Below, piece by piece: positions 43,587-53,008 of a DNA stretch of 59,654 bases. The stretch is from assembly GCA_049303905.1 (NCBI GenBank), contig JBAQNP010000005.1, forward strand, positions 1-59,654, written 5' to 3'. The translations under genes and the position numbers were made by a program. This DNA comes from Candidatus Moraniibacteriota bacterium. Its GTDB lineage: Bacteria; Patescibacteriota; Minisyncoccia; Moranbacterales; UBA2206. The stretch's first letter is position 1, and each line of letters starts with the position of its first letter. The notes beneath the pieces are model-generated. The model did not search any database. It was not told the DNA's origin and was given only the letters and a program-made list of their open reading frames with translations.

Positions 43587-43597
43587 GAAAAAAGATC

Positions 43598-46500
43598 ATG
43601 ATAAAAATTCTCAAACCAAAAGTTTCTAATGTAAAGCCTGATGAAATTCAACAGCCTAATAAAACCGCTAAAATTCTTTCTACTTTCAGAAAAAAAGAGG
43701 AAGAAGAAATGGCCAGCGCTCTGGCAGCGGAACTCAATCTGCCTTATGTTGACACCAACCTAATTCCAATTTCAAAAGATGACATTCGCCTTCTAACCGA
43801 AGAAGAAGCAAGAAAATTTGGCATTGCTGTGATTCACAGAAGCGGAAAAGTTGTCACTATTATTTCTCGCGATCCAAGCAACCAAGAAACTCTTGATTTT
43901 TTAGAAACCCTAAAAAATGATAAGGGTTGGCAGATAAAACTTTTTGTAGTTTCCGCATCAAATCTAAACCGCGTTTGGGAAAAATATAAACAAATTGTTT
44001 TTGTGGATATTCTTGATCAAATGAGTTTGAATCTTACTGGAGATGATTTGACTAAATTTGAGGAAGAAATGAAAGATCTAATCACGCTAAAACAAAGAAT
44101 CAAGGAGCTCCCGACTACTCAAGTTTTAAATATTATGCTGGCTGGCGGTTATAAACTTGGTGCCAGCGATGTCCACATTGAACCGCAAGAAAAAGAAATT
44201 CGCTTACGCTATCGAATTGACGGGACACTGCAAGACGTGGCATTTTTGCCACTTAATGTTTTTCATACTATTCTTTCTCGTATAAAATTAATGTCGGGAA
44301 TGAAACTTAATCTTCGCGATATTGCACAGGACGGAACTTTTGAAATAAATTTAGCAGAAAAAAAGATTAGTCTTCGCGTGAGCATTATTCCGGGAAGTTT
44401 TGGCGAATCAATTGTGATGCGACTCCTAGATCCGGATTCAATCAAAGTAAGCGTGGAAAATTTAGGTCTACAGGGACTGGCTTATGAAAATATTCAAAAA
44501 CAAATGCAAGCGCCCAATGGCATGATTCTTAATACTGGTCCAACCGGAAGCGGAAAAACTACTACTCTCTACTCCATTATCAATAAACTCAATACTCCGG
44601 ACAAAAAAATAATCACCATTGAAGATCCAATTGAATATGAACTCCCAGGGATTTCTCAAACTCAAATCGAAAAAGACCGTGGATATACTTTTTCTCAAGG
44701 ACTGCGGGCAATTGTGCGTCAAGATCCGGATGTAATTTTAGTAGGCGAAATTCGTGATGATGAAACAGCTGACATTGCAGTCAATTCTGCCCTCACTGGT
44801 CACTTGGTGTTGTCCTCACTACATACTAACAATGCCGTGGGAACCATTCCAAGATTTATCGAACTGGGAGTGAAGCCAACGCTGATGTCTCCTGCTATAA
44901 ATGCGATCATTGGCCAGCGTTTGGTGCGAAAACTTTGTGATTGTAAAGAAGCATATGTTCCAGCAAGAGAGTCTATTGAATCAATCAAGAAAATTCTCTC
45001 CATTATTTCCCCCAAAGCTAAAGTGGAAATTCCAAAAAATATCGAGAAGCTATATCGCCCAAAGGGCTGTCCTAAATGCAATGGTTTGGGCTATAAGGGT
45101 CGGATGGGAATTTTTGAAGTACTCACCATCAACGAAGATATTGAAAAATTAATTTTGGAAATGGCCGGCGAAACAGAATTAGCTATGGCCGCTTTGGAAT
45201 CTGGCATGATCACCATGCTTCAAGATGGAATTTTAAAAGCCATAGCTGGTATCACTTCCATCGATGAAGTGGAAAGTGCCACCGGTCAAGGAGAATTTTT
45301 GGAAGGAATTTATGAAAAGTTAATGTCGCAAACGCTGGGCAAAACAATTCTTATTGAAAATAATCAATATGCATCTGCTAAGGAAAATTTAACGGATTTC
45401 AAAAAACTAGAAGAAGTTTTGCGTGCCTCAAAAACCACCGACATTAACAAAGTTGTTTTTTCGGCCGCTACCATCTTGAATGTTGGCGACATCCATATCG
45501 AACCAGAAAAAGATGATGTGAAAATTCGTTTTCGCATTGACGGAATTTTGCAAAACGTTGCTACCTTGCCACTCAATGAATATCCGGCACTTTTAGGCGA
45601 AATCAAAATTCTTTCCGGCGTAAAAACTGAAGTGCGTCAAGGAGTGATTGATAGTCGCTTTAGTATAAAATTTGATGATGACATTGTGATTTCCGAAAAA
45701 AATATTGATGTGCGTGTTTCTATTATTCTCGGTGGTTATGGCGAAACAATCGTGATGCGACTCCTCCGCGGTTCCTCAATGGAATTGGATCTAACCAAGC
45801 TTGGTATCAGACAACAAAATTTAGACAAGATAATTTCGGAAATCAAAAAACCTAATGGCGTGATTTTGAACACTGGTCCAACAGGGTCAGGAAAAACTAC
45901 TACACTTTACAGCGTTCTTAGTATGCTCAATAAACCGGAAGTAAAAATAATCACTGTGGAAGATCCAATTGAATACCAACTGCCAGGAATTTTGCAAACT
46001 CCCGTCAACGACAAAGAGGGCTACACTTTCGCCACTGCTCTTCGTGCTCTGCTTCGTCAAAATCCGGACATTATGATGATCGGTGAAATTCGAGACGACG
46101 AAACTGCCCAAGTAGCCGTGCAAGCTTCTCTCACAGGACACCTTGTGCTCTCCACCATTCACACCAACAATGCCGCCGGCGCTGTGGCGCGAATGATTAA
46201 TATGGGAGTTTCCCCTTCTGACATTGCCACTGCCGTCAATGCCTTCATGGCCCAACGTCTCGTGCGTCGTCTTTGTGATTGCAAAGAAAAAGTCACGCCG
46301 AGTGAAAAAGAAAAAGAAATGATTGAAAAAGTTTTGGCTACTATTAGTCCAAAAGCGGGAGTGGAAATTCCCAAAGTTTTGGAAATTTATCATCCTAAGG
46401 GTTGTGAAAAATGCAACGGTTTGGGTTACAAAGGTCGCATGACCGTGAGTGAAGTTTTCCAACTAACTCGTGAAATTCAAGACCTCGTCACCCGAGGCGC

Positions 46501-46627
46501 CATCACCGCCGAACTCGAAGAAAAAGCCGTCGAACTCGGTATGCTCACTATGACGCAAGACGGAATTTTGAAAGTTTTGGAAGGAAATACAAGTTTAGAA
46601 GAAGTGGAGAGAGTGACTGATCTTTAG
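43598..46627 (+). CDS. tandem-duplicated GspE/PilB-type secretion ATPase (two complete ATPase modules in one polypeptide)
   Basis: Has an N-terminal MshEN/GspII_E-like region, then two modules each with GPTGSGKTTTLYS, GEIRDDETA, TGHLVLS(S/T)(L/I)HTNNA and CDCKE...C(P/E)KCNGLGYKGRM. The start is either 43598 or 43580, the latter lying inside the repeat. Confidence 0.9.
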   Translation: MIKILKPKVSNVKPDEIQQPNKTAKILSTFRKKEEEEMASALAAELNLPYVDTNLIPISKDDIRLLTEEEARKFGIAVIHRSGKVVTIISRDPSNQETLDFLETLKNDKGWQIKLFVVSASNLNRVWEKYKQIVFVDILDQMSLNLTGDDLTKFEEEMKDLITLKQRIKELPTTQVLNIMLAGGYKLGASDVHIEPQEKEIRLRYRIDGTLQDVAFLPLNVFHTILSRIKLMSGMKLNLRDIAQDGTFEINLAEKKISLRVSIIPGSFGESIVMRLLDPDSIKVSVENLGLQGLAYENIQKQMQAPNGMILNTGPTGSGKTTTLYSIINKLNTPDKKIITIEDPIEYELPGISQTQIEKDRGYTFSQGLRAIVRQDPDVILVGEIRDDETADIAVNSALTGHLVLSSLHTNNAVGTIPRFIELGVKPTLMSPAINAIIGQRLVRKLCDCKEAYVPARESIESIKKILSIISPKAKVEIPKNIEKLYRPKGCPKCNGLGYKGRMGIFEVLTINEDIEKLILEMAGETELAMAALESGMITMLQDGILKAIAGITSIDEVESATGQGEFLEGIYEKLMSQTLGKTILIENNQYASAKENLTDFKKLEEVLRASKTTDINKVVFSAATILNVGDIHIEPEKDDVKIRFRIDGILQNVATLPLNEYPALLGEIKILSGVKTEVRQGVIDSRFSIKFDDDIVISEKNIDVRVSIILGGYGETIVMRLLRGSSMELDLTKLGIRQQNLDKIISEIKKPNGVILNTGPTGSGKTTTLYSVLSMLNKPEVKIITVEDPIEYQLPGILQTPVNDKEGYTFATALRALLRQNPDIMMIGEIRDDETAQVAVQASLTGHLVLSTIHTNNAAGAVARMINMGVSPSDIATAVNAFMAQRLVRRLCDCKEKVTPSEKEKEMIEKVLATISPKAGVEIPKVLEIYHPKGCEKCNGLGYKGRMTVSEVFQLTREIQDLVTRGAITAELEEKAVELGMLTMTQDGILKVLEGNTSLEEVERVTDL

Positions 46628-46745
46628 AAAATAGTGAAAAAGAAAATGGAAAGTAGTTTAAGAAAATAGAAACTTGAAATTAGTGTTCTTTTTTCTTTTT
46701 TCATATTTCCTGAACCATTTTCTAATTTCTAACAACTACTTTCAA
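46627..46745. repeat. AT-rich imperfect palindrome, family E, copy 2
   Basis: gaaaatagtgaaaaagaaaatggaaagtagtttaagaaaatagaaa...catatttcctgaaccattttctaatttctaacaac. Confidence 0.7.
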
Positions 46746-46867
46746 AAAAAATTTATCTTCGGATTGAATAAATTGAACCCCTACATAAAAATTAACCATT
46801 AAAAAAAGGGCGCTTATATCGAAAAGCTAACCCTTTTTCTTTTCCCCACCAGACCCTCCGCGTCTGG

Positions 46868-47029
46868 TTATTTTTTTAGCGCTATAGTTCCTGCCAAACA
46901 CAGAAATAATACTGAAGCTATAAGCTGTTGACCAGGAGTAACCGACAGGAGTTTTAGCCATTGAAGTAACGCGCTGGCAGAAAATGCTATTGCCATTCCT
47001 AAAAAAAGATATTTTACGTTTTTTTGCAT
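46868..47029 (-). CDS. possible small membrane protein (53 aa)
   Basis: Below the ORF-track cutoff. A strong SD (aaaggaggaag) lies 5 nt before the ATG. The sequence is MQKNVKYLFLGMAIAFSASALLQWLKLLSVTPGQQLIASVLFLCLAGTIALKK. It is followed by the hairpin ccagacgcggagggtctgg. Confidence 0.4.
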   Translation of the reverse strand: MQKNVKYLFLGMAIAFSASALLQWLKLLSVTPGQQLIASVLFLCLAGTIALKK

Positions 47030-47215
47030 TAACTTCCTCCTTTTCAAAAAAATTTTTTTATTTTTTATGTTCTCTTATCCACACAATAAAAGCAACTGGG
47101 GATAAAAAAACTGATACCACACCAACAGCGCCCAAAAACAAAACTATACCCGCCACTACTGTCGGTGGCTGACCCCTTACGAACGTCTCCTTGTGTTTTT
47201 AAAGAATTTATATTT

Positions 47216-47241
47216 CACGTGAAATCACGTGCGTTCACGTG
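47216..47241. promoter_or_regulatory. three CACGTG palindromes phased at exactly 10 bp (candidate operator array)
   Basis: tCACGTGaaatCACGTGcgttCACGTGata, with CACGTG at 47216, 47226 and 47236. It lies about 25 bp upstream (minus sense) of an aaggaga SD and next to a TATAAA -10-like box. Confidence 0.4.
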
Positions 47242-47487
47242 ATAATCAGTGGTTCTGACAATAATCTGCAGGCAAGAATTCAGGCTAAGAGCCCAAAAAA
47301 AGAAACAACATCGAGGAATAGCGCAGCGTGAACCACCCTACCCATATCTTGAAAAATGTTTCTATATTGATGACAAAAGATAGAAGTCACCAATTGCCTG
47401 CAATTTACTGCTAATCATCTCAAAAACATAAAGTTTCAAGATGACTAGCCAATATAGCATAGCTTGGTTTTTTTGTCAAGAAGTGCT

Positions 47488-47622
47488 AAAATTAGAAATA
47501 AGTGAAAAGGAAATTGGAAAGTAGCTTAAGAAAGCAGAAATAAGAAATTAGAATTTTTATTTAATCTATTTTCTATTCTCCAATTTCCTGAACTATTTTC
47601 TATTTTCATTTTAACCATTTTC
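47488..47622. repeat. AT-rich imperfect palindrome, family E, copy 3
   Basis: aaattagaaataagtgaaaaggaaattggaaagtagcttaagaaagcagaaa...caatttcctgaactattttctattttc lies directly upstream of ruvB. Confidence 0.7.
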
Positions 47623-47624
47623 TT

Positions 47625-48629
47625 ATGATAACAACATCCAACGAACAACCTGAAGACCTGACTTTTGATGTCACTTTGCGCCCACAAAATTTCAATGATT
47701 ATGTGGGGCAAGTTAAGGTTAAGAAAAATTTGGACATTTTGATTCAAGCGGCCAAACACAGAAAGGAGTCTATTGAGCATGTTTTGCTTTATGGTCCCGC
47801 GGGGCTTGGCAAAACCACTCTCGCCAACATCATTGCCAAAGAAATGGGAGTCAACATCAAGACAACTTCCGGTCCAGCCATTGAACGCGTGGGTGATTTT
47901 GGCTCAATTCTCACCAATCTTTCCGACGGTGACATTCTTTTCATCGACGAAATTCACAGGCTAAACAAATCCATCGAAGAAATTCTCTATCCAGCCATGG
48001 AAGATTATAAATTAGACATAATAATTGGCAAAGGTCCATCCGCCAGAACTATTCAACTTGATTTGCCAAAATTCACCCTGATCGGAGCCACCACTAAATT
48101 GGGCTCTATTTCTAATCCCCTGCGCAATCGTTTTGGCGCCATTCATCGTTTGGAATTTTATACCAATCCGGAAATCAAAAAAATTCTTGAGCGTAGTGCC
48201 AAAATTTTGGGCGTGACGGCTGATGAAACTGGTCTCGAAAAAATTTCCGAGTGCGCTCGTTGCACTCCTCGTGTGGCCAATCGTCTCTTGAAACGCGTGC
48301 GCGATTTTTCTCAAATTAAAAATCATGCTACCATTGATTCAGCAGTGGCCAAAGAAGCGCTAGAAATGATTGATGTTGATCCTCTCGGACTTGAACCAGC
48401 CGACAAACACATTTTGCGAGTGATCATTGAAAAATTCAATGGTGGTCCTGTTGGTCTTGGCACAGTCGCCGCCGCTACTTCGGAAGAAATCAAAACCATT
48501 GAAGATGTTTATGAGCCATACCTAATTCAAATCGGATTTTTAGCCAGAACTCCGCGTGGTCGCATTGCTACCGAAAGTGCCTATAATCATCTAGGAATAA
48601 AATATACTGGCGAGAAAAAATTATTTTAA
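47625..48629 (+). CDS. ruvB: Holliday junction branch migration ATPase RuvB
   Basis: [32 protein letters not shown] and [15 protein letters not shown] are present. Confidence 0.97.
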   Translation: MITTSNEQPEDLTFDVTLRPQNFNDYVGQVKVKKNLDILIQAAKHRKESIEHVLLYGPAGLGKTTLANIIAKEMGVNIKTTSGPAIERVGDFGSILTNLSDGDILFIDEIHRLNKSIEEILYPAMEDYKLDIIIGKGPSARTIQLDLPKFTLIGATTKLGSISNPLRNRFGAIHRLEFYTNPEIKKILERSAKILGVTADETGLEKISECARCTPRVANRLLKRVRDFSQIKNHATIDSAVAKEALEMIDVDPLGLEPADKHILRVIIEKFNGGPVGLGTVAAATSEEIKTIEDVYEPYLIQIGFLARTPRGRIATESAYNHLGIKYTGEKKLF

Positions 48630-48635
48630 AAAAAA

Positions 48636-48743
48636 TGTCATTCCCGCGTAAGCGGGAATCTAGTGAATAGACTTTCTGAAATAAATAAGTCTTTGTAATA
48701 AATTAAGCCTTGAGACTAGATCCCCGCATTCGCGAGGATGACA
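48636..48743. repeat. MITE-like repeat family C, copy 4 (variant hairpins)
   Basis: tgtcattcccgcgtaagcgggaatc...gatccccgcattcgcgaggatgaca has the same tgtcat../..ggatgaca termini. Its terminal ATG is the track start at 48738. Confidence 0.7.
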
Positions 48744-48983
48744 ATAATAAAATTTATGTTCTACATCATCCTCGCTCTTTATGCTGTTATCTTTATCACC
48801 TATCTTTTTCTCTTCTTTTTTATCATCTATCATCTTTCCCGCTATTCCATAAACGCCAACACTAATAAAATAATGCTTCCGATTTTTGCGGTAGTTTCCG
48901 TCTTGCTTTTTCTTTCCAATATTATGTTGTTTTTTTCGGTTGATTGGAACACTCTAATTTTAAAACTAATTTTTCAATCTTAA
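48738..48983 (+). CDS. small two/three-TM membrane protein
   Basis: 81-aa hydrophobic ORF with an alternative start at 48756 outside the repeat. It is separated by a 4-nt gap (48984-48987) from the next gene. Confidence 0.5.
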   Translation: MTIIKFMFYIILALYAVIFITYLFLFFFIIYHLSRYSINANTNKIMLPIFAVVSVLLFLSNIMLFFSVDWNTLILKLIFQS

Positions 48984-48987
48984 TTTT

Positions 48988-49578
48988 ATGCAACCAACCT
49001 TCACTCACTATCACTTTGAAGGACAAAAAAACGGCGAGGAAATTCTTATGGTCATTCACCGCCATTGGTTTAACATTCTCACTCACTTTTCCGTCATTTT
49101 CTTCATGATACTTTTTCTTTTCAGTAGTTATTTTCTAACTGCTTTCTTCTTTGATGAATTCAGCGAACAACTCCTTCTTAATCTCACTGCTTTTATGCGC
49201 AGTCTTTTTTTCACTTTTCTTTGGCTATTGTTTTTTGCCATTTGGATTGACTACTATTTTGATGTTTGGATAGTCACCAGTGAAAGAATCATCAACATTG
49301 AACAAAAGGGGCTTTTCACTCGCGTAGTGAGTGAGCTAGAACTGGAAAAAATTCAAGATGTCACCACTGATGTGCGTGGAGTTATCCCAACTTTTCTAAA
49401 TTATGGCAATCTTCTTATTCAAACTGCCGGTGAAAGAGAACGCTTTATCTTTCGAAATGTTCCCGATCCATACAAAATCAAAGATACTATTATGAAACTG
49501 CAAAACGAATTAGAAAACAAGGAAGAGAATGAATTCGGCGAAATGCTTCGAGAAAAAATTCATCATGAAACAACTTAG
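48988..49578 (+). CDS. membrane protein with a bacterial PH (bPH_2/YdbS-T-like) domain
   Basis: Two N-terminal TMs are followed by WIVTSERIINIEQKGLFTRVVSELELEKIQDVT...GNLLIQTAGE...FRNVPDP. Confidence 0.7.
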   Translation: MQPTFTHYHFEGQKNGEEILMVIHRHWFNILTHFSVIFFMILFLFSSYFLTAFFFDEFSEQLLLNLTAFMRSLFFTFLWLLFFAIWIDYYFDVWIVTSERIINIEQKGLFTRVVSELELEKIQDVTTDVRGVIPTFLNYGNLLIQTAGERERFIFRNVPDPYKIKDTIMKLQNELENKEENEFGEMLREKIHHETT

Positions 49579-49602
49579 AGCTAATTTTAGTTTTACTTTA
49601 GG

Positions 49603-51462
49603 GTGAAAAATAAAAATAAAAAATATTATTATTTTATTTTCGGGCTGGTTATTTTAGCTAGCTTTTTTATTTGGAAAAAAATTTGTCTAGCTGAACCAAT
49701 TTTGAAAATTACCAATATTCAATATGATGGAGGATCTGGTAAGGCCGATGAAGATTTTATCGAAATTACCAACACTACTAATGAAAAAATAAATTTAAAA
49801 GGTTACAGATTAGTAAAAAGAGCAACTTCAGCTACAAAAGACACTTCCATAAAATCATGGACTAGCGATACATTTATTAACCCCAAAGAAAAGCATCTTT
49901 GGGCTTGTAGCAAAAATGGGTTTGCTGAAAATATTGGCGCAAATAGCGCTACTACCCAAACAATTTCCGAGACAAACAAAATTGCCATTAGATTCGGCAA
50001 GGAAAATGAAGGAGAGATAATTGATAGTATTAATTGGAGTGATGATTCAGAAGAAGAAGAAGAAGAAGAAGAAGAAGAAGAAGAAGATTATTCGGGAATT
50101 AGAATCAATGAAATTTATCCCGTGCCAGACACTAAGAATGGCGAGGAAGAATTTGTGGAGATAATAAATCTAACCGGAAAAGAAATTGATTTTTCGGATT
50201 ATATAATCAAAGATTCTAAGGGCGCCAAGGGAAAAATTTCTAAAAAAGAAAAGTTTGGAAATTTTGTTGTTTTCTATGGTTCATTTTCATTTAACAATGA
50301 TTCTAAGGGCGACACTGTTTTTCTTTATGACAAAAAAGAAAACTTGATTGCCAGCCAAAAATATGCGAGTGGCAAAAGCGCCCACTCTTTTTCCTTTGAC
50401 GGATCGGCTTGGCGCTGGACATCCTTGCCTACCCCTGGGGGAGAAAATAATTTCGATAAAATTTTATCCGGAAAATTAATTTTACCAAAAAAAATCTACA
50501 AAAACACTTACGCCTATTTTAATGTTAAGGCTGATGAGGATGCCAAAAAATTTACTTGGAATTTTGGCGACGGCCACAAAAGTTATCTAAAATCTACTAA
50601 ACATAAATATGAAAAAACCGGAAAATTCAAAGGCAGTCTAAAAATTACTGGGGATGGCGAAGACAAAACCTACGATTTTAGTGTTAAAGTGGAAAAATAT
50701 GACGCGCCAAAAATTCGCATCATTAGTCTTTCTCCGAATCCCAAAGGGAGTGATACAAAAAATGAGTGGGTTGAAATTAAAAATAAATCCAAAGATAAAG
50801 TCAATCTTAAGGGCTGGTCAATCGCTACGGGAAAAGACAAACTGATCAACCATCCCATTCGGGAAGATTTCAAAATTAAAAAAGGCAAAACCAAAAAGCT
50901 CACCAAGAAAATTTGCGCTTTCACTTTAGGAAATGAAAAAACAAAAATTGAACTGCGCGACCCCTCTGGGAAAGTTGTGCAAAAAATTAAATATGATCGG
51001 AAAAAAAACAAAATCAACGAAGATGAGATTTATGGAAAAAATGACAACGGCTGGAGTTGGATAGAAACACAGAATGACATAGAAAATCCCCTTCTCCCTC
51101 TGGGAGAAAGTGCCCGCAGGGCGGATGAGGGAACCAGCGCCACAATAGAAGAAGATATTCTCATTATCCCTAACTCCGAAATCCAAGCCAGTCTTGGAAA
51201 ATACACTCCCTCGCCAATTTGGCAAAAGAAAAGAGATAATCAAGAAAAATTAGCTTTTTCAAGTTCCAAAATATCAGTGCCTAAAATAATTCTCACCAAC
51301 CAACCAAAAGTTCTCGGTGTTCAAAAAATAAAATTGCAAGATAATTATTATTCTTTCACCACCCCAACAAACCAAAAACATTGGGCAATTGAATTTTCAG
51401 ATTCAATCTGGCTAAAAATCAATTCTTCCTTAAATCATATCCTCTTGAAAATTGCAATCTAA
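49603..51462 (+). CDS. secreted lamin-tail-domain (LTD) x3 plus PKD domain protein
   Basis: GTG start with an N-terminal TM/signal. LTD-like blocks are present (EDFIEITNTTNEKINLKGYRLV; INEIYP..EEFVEIINLTGKEIDFSDYIIKD; NEWVEIKNKSKDKVNLKGWSI), plus a PKD block (FTWNFGDGHKS..KHKYEKTGKF). Confidence 0.8.
   Translation: MKNKNKKYYYFIFGLVILASFFIWKKICLAEPILKITNIQYDGGSGKADEDFIEITNTTNEKINLKGYRLVKRATSATKDTSIKSWTSDTFINPKEKHLWACSKNGFAENIGANSATTQTISETNKIAIRFGKENEGEIIDSINWSDDSEEEEEEEEEEEEDYSGIRINEIYPVPDTKNGEEEFVEIINLTGKEIDFSDYIIKDSKGAKGKISKKEKFGNFVVFYGSFSFNNDSKGDTVFLYDKKENLIASQKYASGKSAHSFSFDGSAWRWTSLPTPGGENNFDKILSGKLILPKKIYKNTYAYFNVKADEDAKKFTWNFGDGHKSYLKSTKHKYEKTGKFKGSLKITGDGEDKTYDFSVKVEKYDAPKIRIISLSPNPKGSDTKNEWVEIKNKSKDKVNLKGWSIATGKDKLINHPIREDFKIKKGKTKKLTKKICAFTLGNEKTKIELRDPSGKVVQKIKYDRKKNKINEDEIYGKNDNGWSWIETQNDIENPLLPLGESARRADEGTSATIEEDILIIPNSEIQASLGKYTPSPIWQKKRDNQEKLAFSSSKISVPKIILTNQPKVLGVQKIKLQDNYYSFTTPTNQKHWAIEFSDSIWLKINSSLNHILLKIAI
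50050..50085 (+). repeat. (GAA)12 trinucleotide microsatellite encoding E12
   Basis: Twelve uninterrupted gaa codons inside the LTD protein. Confidence 0.95.
51088..51131. repeat. family A palindromic repeat, copy 6 (inside the LTD protein, in frame, opposite orientation relative to the coding strand)
   Basis: ccccttctccctctgggagaaagtgcccgcagggcggatgaggg is translated as NPLLPLGESARRADEG. Confidence 0.8.
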
Positions 51463-51480
51463 ACTGCTAAGCTTAAGCTA

Positions 51481-51560
51481 TGTAACATGTAATATACAAC
51501 ATGAAACATAAAACGATGATAACTGCGATTTTTACATGTTTTATGCTTCATGCTTCATGA
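51481..51560. repeat. CATGAAA/ACATG palindrome family G, copy 2
   Basis: tgtaacatgtaatatacaacatgaaacataaaacg...tttttacatgttttatgcttcatgcttcatga abuts the yebC start. Confidence 0.7.
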
Positions 51561-51564
51561 TCTT

Positions 51565-52278
51565 ATGTCAGGACACTCACATTGGGCGGGAATAAAGCAC
51601 CGCAAAGGGATAAACGACGCTAAACGCGCTAAAATTTTCACAAAATTAGCTAAACCGATTGTTATCGCGGCGCGAGATGGCGGTGGCAATCCGGATAATA
51701 ATTTCAAACTTCGCCTTGCGATGGACAAAGCGCGCGAGTTTAATATGCCTAAGGAAAATATCGACAAAGCCATCAAGCGTGGCACAGGCGAACTAAGTGG
51801 CGCAGAAATTTCGGAAATTATCTATGAAGCCAAAGGCCCTGGAAACATTATGATGCTCATCAAAACTTCCACTGACAATAAAAATCGTACAGTGAGCGAA
51901 ATCAAAAGTATCCTCACTAAAGCTTCTGGAAAATTCGGCGAATACGGCAGTTCTATGTGGAATTTTGAGCAAGTCGGCGCCATTACCATTGATCTAAACG
52001 GCAAAGATGCTGACGAACTCGAAATGCTCGCCATTGAGGCGGGAGCCAAAGACACCAAAATAGATGATGGATTACTTTTTGTTTATACCGAAACTCAAGA
52101 TTTGCAAAAAGTGCAAGAAAAATTAATGGAAAATAATATCACCATTTCCGAATCAAATCTGACTTTTCTCCCAAAATCCACTGTCGAAATTGATGCGAAT
52201 ACCCAAGAAAGCTACGACAAACTTCTTGAAATATTGGATGATCAAGAAGATGTGGAGGAGATTTTTGATAATTTATAA
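51565..52278 (+). CDS. yebC: YebC/PmpR family transcriptional regulator
   Basis: MSGHSHWAGIKHRKG...AKRAKIFTKL... The start is moved to 51565, outside repeat G2. Confidence 0.92.
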   Translation: MSGHSHWAGIKHRKGINDAKRAKIFTKLAKPIVIAARDGGGNPDNNFKLRLAMDKAREFNMPKENIDKAIKRGTGELSGAEISEIIYEAKGPGNIMMLIKTSTDNKNRTVSEIKSILTKASGKFGEYGSSMWNFEQVGAITIDLNGKDADELEMLAIEAGAKDTKIDDGLLFVYTETQDLQKVQEKLMENNITISESNLTFLPKSTVEIDANTQESYDKLLEILDDQEDVEEIFDNL

Positions 52279-52291
52279 ATCAAAAAATAAT

Positions 52292-52789
52292 ATGGAAACA
52301 AAAAAAACGCTTATAATTTGCCAATCAATTCATCATGGGAATACTACAAAAATAGCTGGGGTTATTGCTGATGTATTAGAGGCAAAAGTTAAAAAACCTT
52401 TCGAAGTTAGCATTGAAGAGTTAGCTAATTATGATTTGATTGGTTTTGGCTCAGGAATATATGACGATATGCATCACACTAGCCTTCTTGAATTAGTGGA
52501 CAAGTTACCTAATGGCGCTGGCAAAAAAACTTTTATCTTTTCAACAAGCGGAGTGCCTGTTTCAGTATTTGGCGATAAGTTTCTACAAAACTATCTCACA
52601 AAAGCTCACTCCAAACTTAGAAATAAATTGGAAGCTAAACACTACGAAATACTTGGCGATTTTATCTGTCCCGGCTTTAATACTAATGTTTTTCTGAAAT
52701 ATTTTGGCGGAATAAACAAAAGCCGACCGAACCAAAAAGATTTTGAAAATGCAAAAGAATTTGCATTGAAAATGAAAAATGGCCTTTAA
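52292..52789 (+). CDS. flavodoxin-like protein
   Basis: The start is moved to METKKTLIICQSIHHGNTTKIA. The sequence GFGSGIY is present, and the length is flavodoxin-like. The track start overlaps yebC. Confidence 0.7.
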   Translation: METKKTLIICQSIHHGNTTKIAGVIADVLEAKVKKPFEVSIEELANYDLIGFGSGIYDDMHHTSLLELVDKLPNGAGKKTFIFSTSGVPVSVFGDKFLQNYLTKAHSKLRNKLEAKHYEILGDFICPGFNTNVFLKYFGGINKSRPNQKDFENAKEFALKMKNGL

Positions 52790-52820
52790 GTTAGTTAGAT
52801 GATTTTTGAAAATTTGTAAT

Positions 52821-52868
52821 TTTTTCCTCACATATATTCCCATATGCTCACATAGATAAAAATGTGAT
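52821..52868 (+). repeat. 48-bp direct repeat, copy 1
   Basis: tttttcctcacatatattcccatatgctcacatagataaaaatgtgat matches 53347..53394 with about 4 mismatches. Confidence 0.85.
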
Positions 52869-53008
52869 ATAAAAAAATTGGCGAAGGCAAAACGACGAGA
52901 TATGAGGTTGTTTTGTGATTTTAAAAACCTCCCTTTTAAGCTATAATATATATACAAAAAATGAAATCTTAAAAAATCATTTAACTGCGATAAATTAATT
53001 GGATATAA

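Noticed and set aside
47058-47172. A second hydrophobic small ORF on the minus strand (..AGIVLFLGAVGVVSVFLSPVAFIVWIREHKK-stop) upstream of the 53-aa ORF.
   Set aside because: It is open and preceded by an aaggaga SD, but no ATG, GTG or TTG lies at a workable distance from the SD. The first GTG is about 27 nt downstream. I mention it only within the gap finding.
46984-47172. The plus-strand 62-aa ORF in the PilB-ruvB gap.
   Set aside because: It is antisense to the SD-led small ORF, has no start context, and its translation is low-complexity.
47268-47401. Long-range complementarity ctgcaggcaa (47268) / ttgcctgcaa (47392), suggesting a ~135-nt structured RNA.
   Set aside because: Only 9 of 10 positions pair, I could not recognise any known RNA family motif (SRP, 6S, RNase P, tmRNA), and no conservation data are available.
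52190-52291. A longer start for the flavodoxin-like ORF at 52190.
   Set aside because: It overlaps the 3' end of yebC in another frame. The ATG at 52292 gives the typical flavodoxin N-terminal beta-strand.
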